64,000 nt of DNA from Sphyrna mokarran (taxonomy: Eukaryota), in NCBI GenBank assembly GCA_024679065.1, contig JAGIQG010000011.1:73098001-73162000 (forward strand), written 5' to 3'. Below the pieces are notes generated by a model that worked only from the letters and a program-made list of their open reading frames with translations, was not told the DNA's origin and did not search any database. Positions 38,440 to 51,439 of the stretch are shown here, in pieces. How positions within the stretch are numbered: position 1 is the stretch's first letter; each line of letters begins with the position of its first letter. Position numbers and translations under genes: made by a program.

Positions 38440-38662
38440 ATGCATTCAGTTAACAAAAGTCTCAGCAATGGTAACCACGAATCTATGATTGACTGTCATA
38501 AAAACCCATCTACCCATCCTTGCCTAGCCTGGCCCACAAATGTCTTCAGAGCAACAGTGGCACAGAGAGTTTGAAAAGGCCAGTCAATTCAAGGGCAATT
38601 AGGGATGAACAAAAAGGGCTGAACTTCCCTGCAATGTGCATGTCCAGAGAAGGAATAAAAAG
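38440..38662 (+). mobile_element. SINE family B 3' part
   Basis: taaaaacccatct body and caattcaagggcaattagggatg tail. Confidence 0.7.
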
Positions 38663-38742
38663 AAAACAAAAACACAATATTGTTTAATTTGGAGTCAATG
38701 TAGGTTAGTAACCTCAGGCGGGACAGACAAGCTGATGATGCT

Positions 38743-39042
38743 TAGAATCATAAAATCCCTATGTTGCAGAAGGAGGCCCAGCAAGTCTGCATTGAACACA
38801 ATCCTACCTAAGGCCTATACCCGTAGCCCACATAATCTCCTGACACCAGGGTCAATTTACATAGCCAATCAACCTAACTCACATGCCTTTGAACTGTAGG
38901 AGGAAATCAGAGCACCTAGAGGAAACCCACACAGACCCATGGAGAATGTGTAGACTCTACACAGACAGTGAACCAAGCCAGGGATCAAACCCGGGACCCT
39001 GGAGCTGTGAGGCTGCAGCACTAACCACTGTGCCACCATGCC
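38743..39042 (-). mobile_element. V-SINE/HE1-type SINE, tail A
   Basis: Full reverse-strand copy. Confidence 0.9.
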
Positions 39043-39334
39043 ACTTGATGTGAACATATATAGCAGAGTTTTGGGTGACTTCATATTTATGGGGGGTAGA
39101 ATTTGAAAAGCTGGTCAGAGCACATTGGTCTAATTAAGTCTGAAGTTCGCAAGCAGAGTGATGAGGATATTAGCAGCAGAGTCAGATAATTTTAGATAGA
39201 ATTAGGAGTGATGGTATGAATACTATTATACTACTCTTATATCAATGCATTAATGTACCCATACTAATTTAAACTCCATAAGGAACATTTCAACAGCACA
39301 GCATGTTTAAAACAAACAGCACTATTATTATTAT

Positions 39335-39692
39335 ATACAATATATAAGGAGCTAAATAAGGTAGATAGTCAACATCTTTTCCCAAAGGTAGGGGAATCTA
39401 AAACTAGAGGACATAGTTTTAAGGTGAGAGGGGAGAGATACAGAAGTGTCCAGAGAGGCAAATACTTCACTCATAGGGTGATGAGTGTCTGGAACGAGGT
39501 TGTAGTAGAAGTGCACATAATTTTGTCTTTTAAAGACCATTTAGACTCTTACATGGGTAAGATGGGCATAGAGGAATATAAGCCAAATGTGCACAATTGG
39601 GAATAACTTAATCGTAAAAACTGGGTGGCATGGACAAGTTGGGCCAAAAGGCCTATTTCCATGCTTTAAACTTCTATGACTCTATGACTCTA
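39335..39692 (+). mobile_element. CR1 3' end
   Basis: LFPKVGESKTRGHSFKVRGERYR..FTHRVMSVWN; ctatgactctatgactcta tail. Confidence 0.88.
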
Positions 39693-40189
39693 ATCCATAA
39701 CAAATCACCTCAAACTTTCAAATCTATGTTTATCCTCAAAATAATTTATTCCCAAAGTATTACCAAGATACGTCAACTTACTGGAAAATTTTAATGTAAT
39801 TCAAAGAAAGAACTGCTGAATTAAGACATTGGTCTACTTGAAGTGTTGCTGAGTTTCATTCCTTCAGCAGCACCATCCCATCTTCATCCTTCTGTGCACT
39901 CCTTTTAAGAGTCATGCATAAACCTCTTTTGACAGCTCCCTCATTTGGCTTGAAGTGCACCATTCTGATTCTAAGAACACTCATCAAGATATATTGCAAT
40001 GCTTATTGATATTGGAGTAGTTGCTTGAACACAACAAAAAGCCTTGGATTTCATGAAAACCTATGCCGGCGGTAGGTCATTATACCAGAATCTTATGGTG
40101 TGAGTGAATTTTCTGTCTTAAATTTCTATTTTTTTGTTTTCCTCTCCTGTATCTTCCCACTCAGTTTCCTAAACCCTCTGCCTCTCCAG

Positions 40190-40556
40190 TGTGAATCCTT
40201 CCCAACAGAACCAGCAAATATTTCAAGAGAATCTTCGTTTTAACCCTGCTGGGATGTAACGAGTCCTATTTGTTCAGGACCTTCCCCAGAATTGATCCCA
40301 AAGTTTCAGGAATCCAAACTCTTCCTTCTTACACCATTTTTTCAGCCACACATTCATCTAGTCTACTTTCTTATTCCTGCTTTCACTAATATGTTGCAAA
40401 GGGAGTAATCAAGAGATTATTACCTTTGAGTCCTGTTTTTTTATTTTTTTCCTAGCTCTCAATATTCAGATTTTAGGAACTTATCTATGTTGTTGGTATC
40501 AATACAGACCACACCTCTGGCTGTTTGCCCTCCAGCTTAAGAATGTCCTCCAGCCA
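40190..40556 (-). mobile_element. CR1 ORF1 SGNH-esterase fragment
   Basis: Minus strand with frameshifts: LEDILKLEGKQPEV..KVIIS*LLP..MNVWLKKWCKKE..DQFWGR..LHP. Confidence 0.75.
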
Positions 40557-41465
40557 CTTACTGACATTTTGAAGACGTCTCCCAATTGATCGGATAAGTT
40601 TTTGTGCAACACAAAAACGCCAACAGAAATGACAAAAAATTCCACATTGCAGGAATTCTGGAATGCCATAACTGAAGGATAGCTTGTTTCAATTCAGTTT
40701 GTCCACAAACACATGATTTTTGGTGTTACTAGGACAAGCTAGGCATCTTCCTGGGAATCATTATTATGGTAGGCAGGTCATCATACCAGGATCTTGATGA
40801 CTTGAGACGTGTCAACAACTTCGTTATTCTCACGTGGGCATAGGTTGGATGAGAAAACATGCAAAGAAGACTGGCTCATGAATAATGTCAGTATTTTCAG
40901 AGTAGCTTCATTGCAGTGTTAACGTAAGCCAATTTGTGACACTAATATATAAATAAACAAGTAAAAATAAGACTTCATAAAGAAGAGTGAGACATTCAAA
41001 AGTATATGCCACGTTAGCACAAAGCATGATTCTACATGAAGTTCCCACGTAGCCTTGGTCTAAAGTTGGATCTAAACTCTTTCACATCTATAGCACTGGC
41101 TTCATCTTCTTTACTAACTACCTTACCAAGTACCTCATTGTTCGACAACTGTAAGCAAATTATCATGAAAACTCTAAGTGCTATTGTCAGTTTACTGTGC
41201 GTTCCTGGAGAGATTATTACAGATAATGGTTCACAATTTATTGGTAAGCCATTTCAGAATATGTATGATAATTAGAATATCGATTGCACTACTTCTTCTG
41301 TTCGTTACACTGGATCTAACTGCCTAGCTGAATGAATGATTTAAATGGCTAATTTCCCAATTCTCAAATGGTAGATGGGCCAAGCAAGATCCACACATTG
41401 AAATGTTATATCTGGGAGTGACACTTTTAAATGCAACAATTCTATCACTGGCAGAGCACATGTTA

Positions 41466-41663
41466 TGATAGAACATAGAACATAGAACACTACAGCACAA
41501 ACAGGCCCTTCGGCCCATAAGTTGTGCCGAACACATCAATACCTACCCAGCCATAGACCTATCTATAACCCCCAATCCCATTGGATCCCATATACTCATC
41601 CAGGAGTCTTTTAAAAGACCCCAGCGAGTTCGCCTCGAACACCACCGATGGCAGCCGATTCCA
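41466..41663 (-). mobile_element. Short CR1 3' end
   Basis: (ttctatg)n tail with CpGs retained; ttatg on both sides. Confidence 0.85.
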
Positions 41664-41699
41664 TTATGGAGAGATGCTGGCATTGGACTGGGATAAACA

Positions 41700-41805
41700 C
41701 AGTAAGAAGTCTGCAACACCAGTTTTAAATCCAACCGATTTATTATTCGATTTATTATATAATAAATCGGTTGGATTTAAAACTAGTGTTGCAGACTTCT
41801 TACTG
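41700..41805. repeat. 46-bp-arm inverted repeat from Penelope pLTR ends
   Basis: 41700-41745 vs 41760-41805, one mismatch, 14-nt spacer. Confidence 0.95.
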
Positions 41806-44044
41806 AGCACATGTTTAGCAGACCAGCGCGTACCAATATATCAACTTTTACCCATTCTAACACTCAGAAATTACAGAGCAATCTTTAAAATTGCAAGAGA
41901 AGATAACAAATATGATGATAAAATTGCAGGTACAGAATTGTGAAGTTTCACGTTGGGACACCAAAAATCTCACAGAAGTTACGTGGCAATTAATTGACAT
42001 GACAAGGGCTTGTTTGCAATCAAGGTCCGATGAAATCATTACATTCAAGGGCACAATGATGAGATGTAACTGGGGATAAATCAGATACTTTCCAGCTCCT
42101 CAACCACCATGCCCCCTATCTCATCTAGGACCAGATATCAATTAACATTGACAGTAATAACATCCAAAAATGATAATCCCACATAACACTAAGAACCATT
42201 AAAGACACCTCCAGACAAAGTTACCATTATAAGACCTGGGCACCCAAGCAAATTACCTCTGTGCTTTTAAGGCTCATAGATTTACCAGTCCTGTACACTT
42301 ATGTAATTAAATGCGAAGATGCATCACAAGTAGTTGTACATTTTAGAAAGGGGGATCATATTTTTAAAAAGAAAGAGGAATGATGTAATATTGCCTTTAA
42401 GGACTGCAGCATGCTGTGGCTGTGCTATGTGATCCAGTCTCAGTTTCATGTTTGCCTGTGAGCACAGCACAGCACGCACAGCTCTGCTGATATCTTCAAG
42501 CGATATACCTATGCATATCTGTTTCCATGTGCCTAATCTTAATAAATGAACACAAAACATATTTATCTTATGAGTGTTTGGTGCCTTTCTATAATTTTGA
42601 AAACATGACTCCAATCTGGGGTAAGAATTCCAAAACTAACGATCCTTTGAGAGAAGAATTTCCTCCTCATCTTCACCTTAAATGGGACACCCCTTACTTT
42701 GAAAGTGTGCATCCCATTTCTAGATTCTCCATGAAAGGAATGATCCTCTCAAGGCCCCTCTCAGGTACACTGAAGATCCTATGGCTGAATCACCTAAAGA
42801 GCAGCAATTGTCATTGGATTTCTGCTCTACTCAAACTTTCCTCCATCTCGATGCAGCTCTGCTTGTTTTTCCAAGTGAAGCTTTACCAGAAATGTGGAGT
42901 GCAGCATCCAACCAGAAGCTCCTTCACAGAGGAGTAGAATTGGAGGAGGGTGGTGGGGATGGCATGTGCCTTTTATGGCACTTGCTGCTGTATTGTAAAT
43001 TTAAATGCCCAGTATGAATGTTAATGAATTGGTGAGTTGATGAATGAGTGAATGGGTAGGTTTCAGTGTGGGCAGGTTGGGTGAGATGGTAAATGAGTAA
43101 GATGGTGGATGTGCAAGATGAAAGGTGGGTAAGGAGTGGGATGCATAGAGGCCAGATAATTGAGGTGGCAGGTGGGCAAAGTGGCATGTGGGTTAATGGG
43201 CAGGGTGGATAGGTGAATGAAGTGAGTCGATCAATGAATGATGAGGAGTAGTCATACTGGGTAAGGTGAGGTGGTCAGGTCAGGGGCTCTTGAGATTGGG
43301 TCAGACAGTAGTCAGGTGCTGGTCTTGTAGTCAGGTGGTCACAGGTTAGTCACGGTGGGTTGGAAGTGTCACCCTTGGAGTGGAAGGTGGAGTCAATGTG
43401 ATCATATGAGTTACTGGTGGGTCAGTTGTGTAGTTTCCTAGGAGTTAAACTAGGGGTTGGAGTTCTCCAGTCTTGCATACGCCACTATCACTGCCAACGA
43501 GATCGGAGAATTCTGGTCTAGGTTTTTTTTAATCATCATATCCAAGGTACTTATTTAGATAAGGAAATCAAAACGTCCAAAGTTTCTGAGTCTAGCTTAG
43601 AGTTAGAAACACTTGCAAAGGTTTCCAGGGAGCAACAAAATTACCGATTGGAAGCTGAAATTTCCTGGACAATTTTCACAGATGTCAGTGCACCACTATT
43701 TCCATGATGTCCGAACACACTTCCAAGATCACATGTCTGATCTCTGACAATCCAAAGACTGCAATTTGGCCTGATATATTTGGTTTCAATTGAAAAATCC
43801 TGTTGGGGAGAGGGGCCATAAAATTCCATTCTAGTGGTCTCCCATTTAAGAATGGGATGAGAAGAACTTTTTTTTGAATCTTTGAAATCTTCCCCAGAGA
43901 TTAGCAGAGCAGAGTCAATTTATATTTTTAAAGATAGAGGTAGATAGATTCTTAACTAACGAGGGAGTTAAAGGTTACTAGGGGTTGGCAGGAATGAGGA
44001 GTTGAGGTTACAGTCAGATCAGTCATGATTAAATAACTTCAACT

Positions 44045-44546
44045 CTCTATTCCTGCCAACTTTTATAGATGCACCATAGAAAACAATTTTTCTGCTTGTA
44101 TCACAGTTTGGCATGGCTCCTGCTTTGCCCAAGACCACAAGGAACTACAAAAGATCATGAATGTAGCCCAATCTATCACACAAACCAGCCTTCCATCCAT
44201 TCACTCTGTCTACACTTCCCACTGCCTCAGCAAAGCAGGCAGCATAATTAAGGACCTCACGTACCTTGGACATTCTCTCTTCCATCTTCTTCCTTCAGGA
44301 TAAAGATACAAAAATCTGAGGTCAGGTACCAACCGATTCAAGAGCAGCTTCTTCCATGCTGCTGTCAGGCTTCTGAGGAGATCTACCTCAAATTGATCTT
44401 TCTCTACACCCTAGCTATGACTGTAACACAACATTTTGTACTCTCTTGTTTCCTTCTCTATGAATGGTATGCTTTATGTGCAAAAAACAATGTTTTTCAC
44501 TATATATTATGTGTGACAATAATAAATCAAATTAAATCAAAATAAA
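44045..44546 (+). mobile_element. Rex1/Babar LINE 3' part
   Basis: NFYRCTIEN..CITVWHGSC..LQK....AQSI....LPSI..IIKD..GHSLFHLLPSG*RYK..FKSSFF..AVRLL; tgtgacaataataaatcaaa tail. Confidence 0.9.
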
Positions 44547-44569
44547 TGTGAATGAATTGTTCTCAATAT

Positions 44570-45330
44570 ATTCACATCTCATTCTTCTAAACTCCCACCA
44601 TTATGGATACAGCCTGTTCAACCTTTTAAACATATTTGAAACCTATTCACACAAATTAGGAGTAGGATAGGTCCTTCAGCCCTTTGAGCCTGCTCCACCA
44701 TTCAAGAAGACCATGAATGATCTAATTGTAACATCAACTCCCCATTCCTGACAACTTCTGACAACATTTGACTCCCTTGTTAATTAAGAATCTATCTTTC
44801 TTTGCCTTAAAAATATGAATTGGCCTTCCCTCCTCCTCTCTCTGGGGAAGATTCCAAAGATTCACAAAAAAAAAGTTCTCTTCATCTCATTCTTAAATGG
44901 GAGACCCCTTGGGTGGAATTTTGTGGCCCCTCTCACTGGCAGGATTTTCCAGTCTTGCTGAAGTCAATAGACTTTTGAATGGCATGCCACATTTTCCGAC
45001 ACTGCCCATGACACAGTAGGTTATAAGATTCTGCTCCTAATTTTTAAACTGGCTTAAATTTCCCTCATGGGACAACCCTCAGGAATCAACCTCATGAGCC
45101 TTCTCTGAACAGCTTCAATTCAAGTATATCCTTTTTAAATAAAAAGACCAAAACTGCACGCTGTACTCTGGTGTGGTGTTTCCAATGCCCGAGGCAAGAC
45201 TTCCATCAAAGCTAACATTCCACTTGCCTTCCTAATTACTAGCTTTACCTGCACACTAACTTTTTTATGATTCATATGCAAAGCCACCTGGATCTCTCTG
45301 CATTCTGCCGTCTCTCCCCAAATATTATGG
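44570..45330 (-). mobile_element. CR1 fragments with a MITE inserted at 44911-45036
   Basis: VQVKLVIRKASGMLA in minus ORF; CR1 tail at ~44650; MITE flanked by ctt/cta. Confidence 0.75.
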
Positions 45331-46007
45331 GATGTTATATAATTTAGGTAATCTGAGGCAAATAGGTTGAGTGTTATACACTTTGATTGATATTTACAGT
45401 GTATCACTGTTTGTGCTCCTTCATTGCAGGAGTGACATAATTCTTAGGTGCTTCCCTTGATGAGACACAGCAGAACTGAGTCACCACCTTCCCTTCCTTT
45501 GATTGTAGGTGTTAGCTCCTGGAGAGGCAAATCCATAAGTCACCGAAGCTCGGCTGCAGTAGTATATACTTGTGCCTGAGGTTTTTAACCACCCACTTAC
45601 TGATCCGTCAAGTTGTCCAACACAATTTTAACAATTTGATGTTCTAATAAGTGTCATTCTAAATGAGGAAGAGCAGAACTTTATTGAAGCAAGAAGCGCT
45701 TTTATAAGCACAAATCTTCCTGGTGCAATGAACCAAGAGATTTTATGGCTTTAATTAGTTTATGACTTTTCCATGGTTTCAACTCAGCGCAGAACTTCCC
45801 TCACATTTAGATCAACAGCTGAAGTCCATTTTTCAGTGGTTATCTTTCAAGTTAACATTTCATGTTTGATCTTTAAAATGGACTCCAAACAATTAATCAG
45901 GCATTGCTGCAATAATACATGCACGTTCAGAGCATGTTGTGAATTCATGCAGGATTTATGAAAATTCACTGAATTGTTAGCTCTCATCACTGAATTGCTT
46001 GTCCAGT

Positions 46008-46084
46008 AATATAACAACTGTGCTATCATACAGTCATATGATCACTGGGCTAACATACAGTATTATGACCACTGTGCTATCATA
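46008..46084. repeat. ~26-bp tandem repeat x3
   Basis: ataacaactgtgctatcatacagtc / atatgatcactgggctaacatacagt / attatgaccactgtgctatcata. Confidence 0.8.
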
Positions 46085-46874
46085 TTCAGCATCTGGTTGT
46101 CAACAGCCACAACGCAGCATTGTATTTTTCAAACTCCTCAGGCTATAAGTGTCACCATTAAAAGAATGTAAAAGGAAACTAACATTGTAAATCTTTCAGT
46201 GATGTCTAACTTCAGTATAGTTTTAGCTTCTGTGAAATTCAGGTAAGTGATTGAAGCAGATGGCTTGGAGCCCAATCTGCTGTCAATTGCCCATTTCAGG
46301 GAACACTGCATAGGCGCAGAGCCGTAATGACCATTACACTAGTACTAGGGACAAATACTTCGAACAATAATCCACTAAGCATCAGTAACGTTCATCTAAA
46401 TTTCAATAAACATACCATGTGATACTTAAAATATATTGTTATAATTCCAGGACACTATCATTAACATGTTACTGACAAAATTCCAAAAATAATTTAATGG
46501 TTCCGTTGCAGACACAAATGGCATGAGCGTATATCCAATATCACAGCCCATAGCGACTATTGAAACTTTGCCTCTTGCCACTCCATTCCCCCCACAAAAA
46601 ATCAAATATTGAATTCTCAAGTAGCAAATCTTGCAAGCCTAACAGGAAATATTTTTCCATGCAGGGAGGATGTTACTTTTCTGTTTACCGAACACTTCAG
46701 TGCAAACTGTGTTTTGGATTTGACAATTTCACAGTTTGAAGTACTGTGCACACATGATTAGATCAAAATACTTCTCCCCCCCAAAAATTACTAGCAGATA
46801 ACTAATTAAAGATTAGGGGTTGTGCAGTCTTTTCTCTAACAGCAAAAGAGGGAAGTGGAAGCCATTTTTCAAAA

Positions 46875-47530
46875 CTTCACTCATGGGATGTGAGCTTAGT
46901 TGGCTGGATCAGTATTTATTGCCCACCATTAATAGCTTTTGAGAAGGTGGTGGTAAATTGCCTCCTTTAACTGCTGCCATTTGTATGTGTAGGTGCATTG
47001 ACTGTGCTGTTAGTTTAAAGTTTATTTATTAGTGTCATAAGTAGACTTATATTAACACTGAATGAAGTTACAGTGAAAATCCACTTTCTGCCTGTTTGGA
47101 TACACTAAGGGAGAATTTAACATGACCAATACATCTAACCAGCATGTCTTCCAGACTTTGGGAGGAAACCAGAGTGCCACGAGTAAATCCACGCAAACAT
47201 GGGGAGAACATACAAACTCCAGACAGTGACCTAAGCATGGAATTTAACCTGTGTCCCTGGCACTGTGAGGTAGCAGTGCTAACCACTTCCAGACTTCCAC
47301 CCAGCAACAGTGAAGGATAGTGATATATTTCCAGATTAGGATGGTGAGTGACTTGGAAAGGAACTTGCAAATGGTGGTGTTCCCTAGTCCTTTTATGTGG
47401 CAGAGGGCAAAGAAGGTGATATCTAGGGAGTCTTGGTGAACTCCTACAGTGCATCTTTTTGATGGCACACTCTGTTGCTACAGTGCACCGGTGATGGATA
47501 CAGTGAATATTTGTAGATGGGATGCCAATT
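46875..47530 (-). mobile_element. Zenon-like LINE 3' part split by a tail-B V-SINE (47013-47288)
   Basis: IGIPSTNIHCIHHRCTVATECAIKKMHC in ORF 47068-47571; family tail at 46875-46960. Confidence 0.85.
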
Positions 47531-47587
47531 GATGTGATTGACATGTTCCCAATTATGAACAATTTTGACAAAATTGCTTATGGAAAA

Positions 47588-47790
47588 ATCAGTTCAGCTT
47601 TTTGGTTAAGACCAAACATTAGATCAAGCCCAAGATGGGATGCAATGCCTCATCTTCTCAGCTTGGAGTTTGTTTGTCTCCATTGGTGAGACTTTGAATT
47701 AGATTCAATTGTTTTTGAATTTGGTTTTTGGAGCAAGCAAGGAATGGGTTTGGGTTTGCCTGATCCATCCTGAGCACTGGCTTTGGACCT
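47588..47790 (+). pseudogene. Divergent U2 snRNA-derived sequence
   Basis: Four collinear blocks versus recalled human U2: 47596-47615 vs nt 11-30 (16/20); 47653-47664 vs nt 44-55 (10/12); hairpin gtctc/gagac at the stem IIb position; 47723-47735 vs Sm-site region nt 98-110 (12/13). Confidence 0.75.
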
Positions 47791-49809
47791 TAAGAATGGT
47801 GATTCCTATAACAAAGAGCTTAAGTAAGAGGGGACATATATAAACCTGACAAAATTGAGGGAAATAAATGAGGTCAGATGGGAAATTTTTCACTGAATGT
47901 TAACAAAGTTGGAGGATGCATTACCTGAACGGAAAGTACTGGTGGGATTGATCCTTGAAAAGAGGACAAGTGTTTTCTTTCATCCAGAATTCACCTACAC
48001 TGAATCATTATTTCATGAATCTGATTTATATAAATAGAAATGAAGGAGGGGATTTTTTACCCCTCATCTGCTCCCTCATCAAGAGGAAAAATACAGTAGA
48101 ATGTTGACTAGGTATGATGGAATGGATGAAGATTTCTGCTTTGTAGATTTTGCTGGCGGATTAAGTTAACAGTCGTTACGAGCAATGCGGTGACCACACC
48201 AATTTAACACAGCGATTATTCACAAACCAACATTAATCCATAAATTTAATGGCATAATATTGGTATGATTCAAAATATGGGGGTAATTTTCTGAGGCGTC
48301 TTCTGCTGTAACCTCTACCTCTCACCTCACCCTGAATCTTCCTTCCACTCATCCCAATCTCCTTCCTATTCTACTGCCACTTTGTCTAGCAAAGATAAAA
48401 TGCTAGGAGGTCGTTTTCCTTTACTCCCCTTCTGCCCAACCTTCTCATTTAGTTTCCTCCAAGTGACTTGATTTGCTTTCAAATTAAACATTTTTCAACA
48501 AGATAAAGAGAGATCAGGTTAGAATGAGTTGGGAAACTGCCCACCTAGATTTCTATTTGTCTTTTACGGATTGATTACAGCACAGAAAGAAGTATTTTGG
48601 CCCATTGGTCAGCTAGTCCCCAGAGCCCTGCAAGTCTTTTTTTCTCTTCAGGTGCTTATTCAATTCCCTTTTGAAATCCATGATTAAATCTGCCTCCATG
48701 ACTCTCAGAACTTAATCACTTGCAGCGTGAAAAACTAGTTACTTCACCACCTAAAATTTGTGTCTCTGATTCTCAATCCTTCTGCCACCAATAGGAACAA
48801 TCTGTCCCTATCTAATTTATTGAGGTCATGGGAGGGCATGGGGGGATAAGGCGATCAGGAATGTTGTGGGGTGGGACAATATCTGTGGGGGCCGGGTGGA
48901 GGCAAAATGATAAAATGTGGTTCAGAGTCTGTCTCACTCAATAATTGTGTGCCTCTGCTGACCCTAATTTAAATTGCCCCAGCTATCATTGTAGGATTTG
49001 AGCCCTTTTCCTCGGAGCAATAGCCTGGGTTTCTGGATTACTAGCCCAGTGATATCATCACTATCCCACCATAAAAACATGTATAGGCAGGGAATAGAGG
49101 AATACAGATAACAGAGAGGCAAAAGGTCTTTAGTTCAGAAAGGCGTCATATGTTAGCCAGGCTTAGTGGAATAAAGAGCCTCTTCCTATACTGTGATGCT
49201 CTCTGTTCTTTGTTCTACCTCCCCATCACCTTGATGCTCCTGCACTCCCTTTATAAATTGTATCCTACATTTTATATTGTCTCTCCTCGTCTTTTTTTCT
49301 ACCAAATTTTTCACTTCATATTTCTCTGCATTAAATCACGCCTGCCACAAGTAATGTCCATTACATCAGCCTATCTTTACCCTCTTGAAGTCTATCACTA
49401 TCCACTTCACAGTTCACCATACTTCCAAGTGTTGTGTCATCTGCCAATACTTCCAAGTTTTGTCACACGGTCTATGCCACAGGGGTTCTCAGCTCCGGTT
49501 TTGCAGTGGAGAAACTGTCAGCAAACCTTATCATTATTCCACTGAAGTTGACAGCCATGTTGAGAGTTTACACATGCGCAAAATAATCATGTCTGACTCA
49601 ATGTTCTCCCCAAGGGTGCAGTGTTGAAGTCCCCCTAGATTGTGATCCTGAAGCAATCAGTGAACTGATGAAAACTTCAACTTTTTTTGTTTTGTTCTCA
49701 TGAATAAAATCAGCGGAAAAGCTACAACTTTTGGAGATGTGTACAATTTTTTTAATGGGGTGTTCATTTCATAATTACTGCTAAACACCCTCACTCGATC
49801 TGAAAAGGT

Positions 49810-50163
49810 AATTGACTTTAAAATTCTCACCCTTGTTTCCATAGCCTTGTCCCTTTCTACTTTTGTCATCTCGCGCAACTCCACATCCCTTCAAAATATC
49901 TACATTCCTCTAATTCTGGACTCTTCTGCATTCCTAATGATAACTTTTCCACTATCAGTGGCCATGGCTCAAACCTAACATCTGGAATTTCTTCTGTCCG
50001 CCTGTCCACTTCTCTTCATTGCTTTCCTCCTTTAAGCTTCAACGTCTCCTTTAGTCATCTGATGTACAATTCATTATCATATTTCATTTTGCAATGCCTT
50101 TGTGAAGCATCTTCAGACTCTTCATTATGTTAAAGGTGCTATTTGAATACATTCATTGTTGTT
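49810..50163 (+). mobile_element. L2 LINE 3' end
   Basis: IDFKILTLV..HSSNSGL..; tail tgtgaagcatctt..atgttaaaggtgctat..ttgttgtt. Confidence 0.7.
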
Positions 50164-51439
50164 CTCACTTCGTTGTTTGCTGTCCGTGAGATAAATTCAA
50201 TATGATTTGCAACTCACCCTGCTTTACTTTGTTGGATTCTCGGAGATTGCCCTGATTTGGAACTGAATTTAAACTATCATCAGGAGTGGGGAAGTCCACA
50301 TTACAATGAAAATTTGTAAAATTTGCTGAAAATTTGTGGGTAGCTTTCCCAGAGATCATCTATTTATTTGTCAGTAACGCAAAATCCAATCCACCTTTTC
50401 CTCAGAAATTATCCAGACCAGCTACCATAACTTCAGAGAAAGTTTGGTGGTTTCTACATTCATGCAATCTATTCAGAGTTTCTCTCAATCTTTCACCAAC
50501 GTTGCTGGCAGCTGATTCAGAGAGTATGCAAGATTATTCTTGGTGTCTCTCAGGTATAAACCATTAATAAACCAGAAGCGAGATAACTGGCAAGCTGATG
50601 AATTTAACATTCTTTATTTTGAGAATTGAAGTGATGATACTAACTGAAGGAGGTCACCCTCTGTCTCCCTCTACCCCCCACCCCCCATTTCCTTTCACTC
50701 TCTGTTTCTCTTCACCATCTTCCTGCTTCCTTCTCTTGATAAATTGAGCATCAGTTTCAACAGTTATTGGGAACCTAGTGACCTACAGACTGTGTTATAA
50801 CTCTACAGACTGCTGGCAGGCTAATTTACTGCTTATTGTAAAAAAGGCAACTCTTGTGTTATGCATTGCGACATCTTTAACATTGAAAATACCTGTCAAA
50901 GGGTAGACCATACATTACACGGTGTAATGCCCTGATCATCATAAACAAGGCATCCTTCAGCCTTAGATATTTCCAAAGAACGTGTAATTTGTTTTGGCTT
51001 GTATTTTAATATACTGCTAGTATCTTGTGTAGGGGCAATTTTATAAATGTGTACTCCCTCAGTGAGAAGCCTCACCTGCCAGAACACAGAATGAAAGCAT
51101 GGCAATGATGTGCTACCTTTTAAATCTAAGCAATGCCATCCAGTTAATCCGCCTACTGAACAACTTGATTTAAATAAAAATAGTAGGCATAAACCAGGTG
51201 TTTTGAATGATGAGAACCATCCATAATGTGATGGTAAACAGTCACTTTGTGATGTTCTAATCAAACCATTAAAAGTTAGAAATTACGATTAGCTGTTAAG
51301 CATTCTGATGCCACCCACCATCATTGGCCAATTTTAAGCAACTTTTTTCTGTTTTTGCTGCCTGACTTTCTCTTTAGCTCTCCATTGCACTACCAGTGGT
51401 ATTCAATCTTAGAAAATTCTGCTCATCTCATATTCCCAG

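Larger units (their letters stand above)
40570..42290 (+). mobile_element. Gypsy/Ty3 pol remnant (integrase region) with nested insertions
   Basis: GRQVIIP..HVGI; HEVPT*PWSKVG; VPGEIITDNGSQF; TTSS.RY..SN.LAE; KQDPHI..L; later RS.EIIT..G..MR.N (GPY/F-like). Confidence 0.85.

Noticed and set aside
40062-40797. ~30-bp direct repeat (40062-40095 vs 40765-40797) suggesting LTRs or a TSD
   Set aside because: The second copy is Gypsy pol coding sequence (GRQVIIP); too short and not terminal, so probably a stray fragment or local duplication.
43020-43430. Strand-skewed G/T-rich stretch giving His/Pro/Thr-rich minus ORFs
   Set aside because: Low-complexity interior of a decayed repeat; no coding signal.
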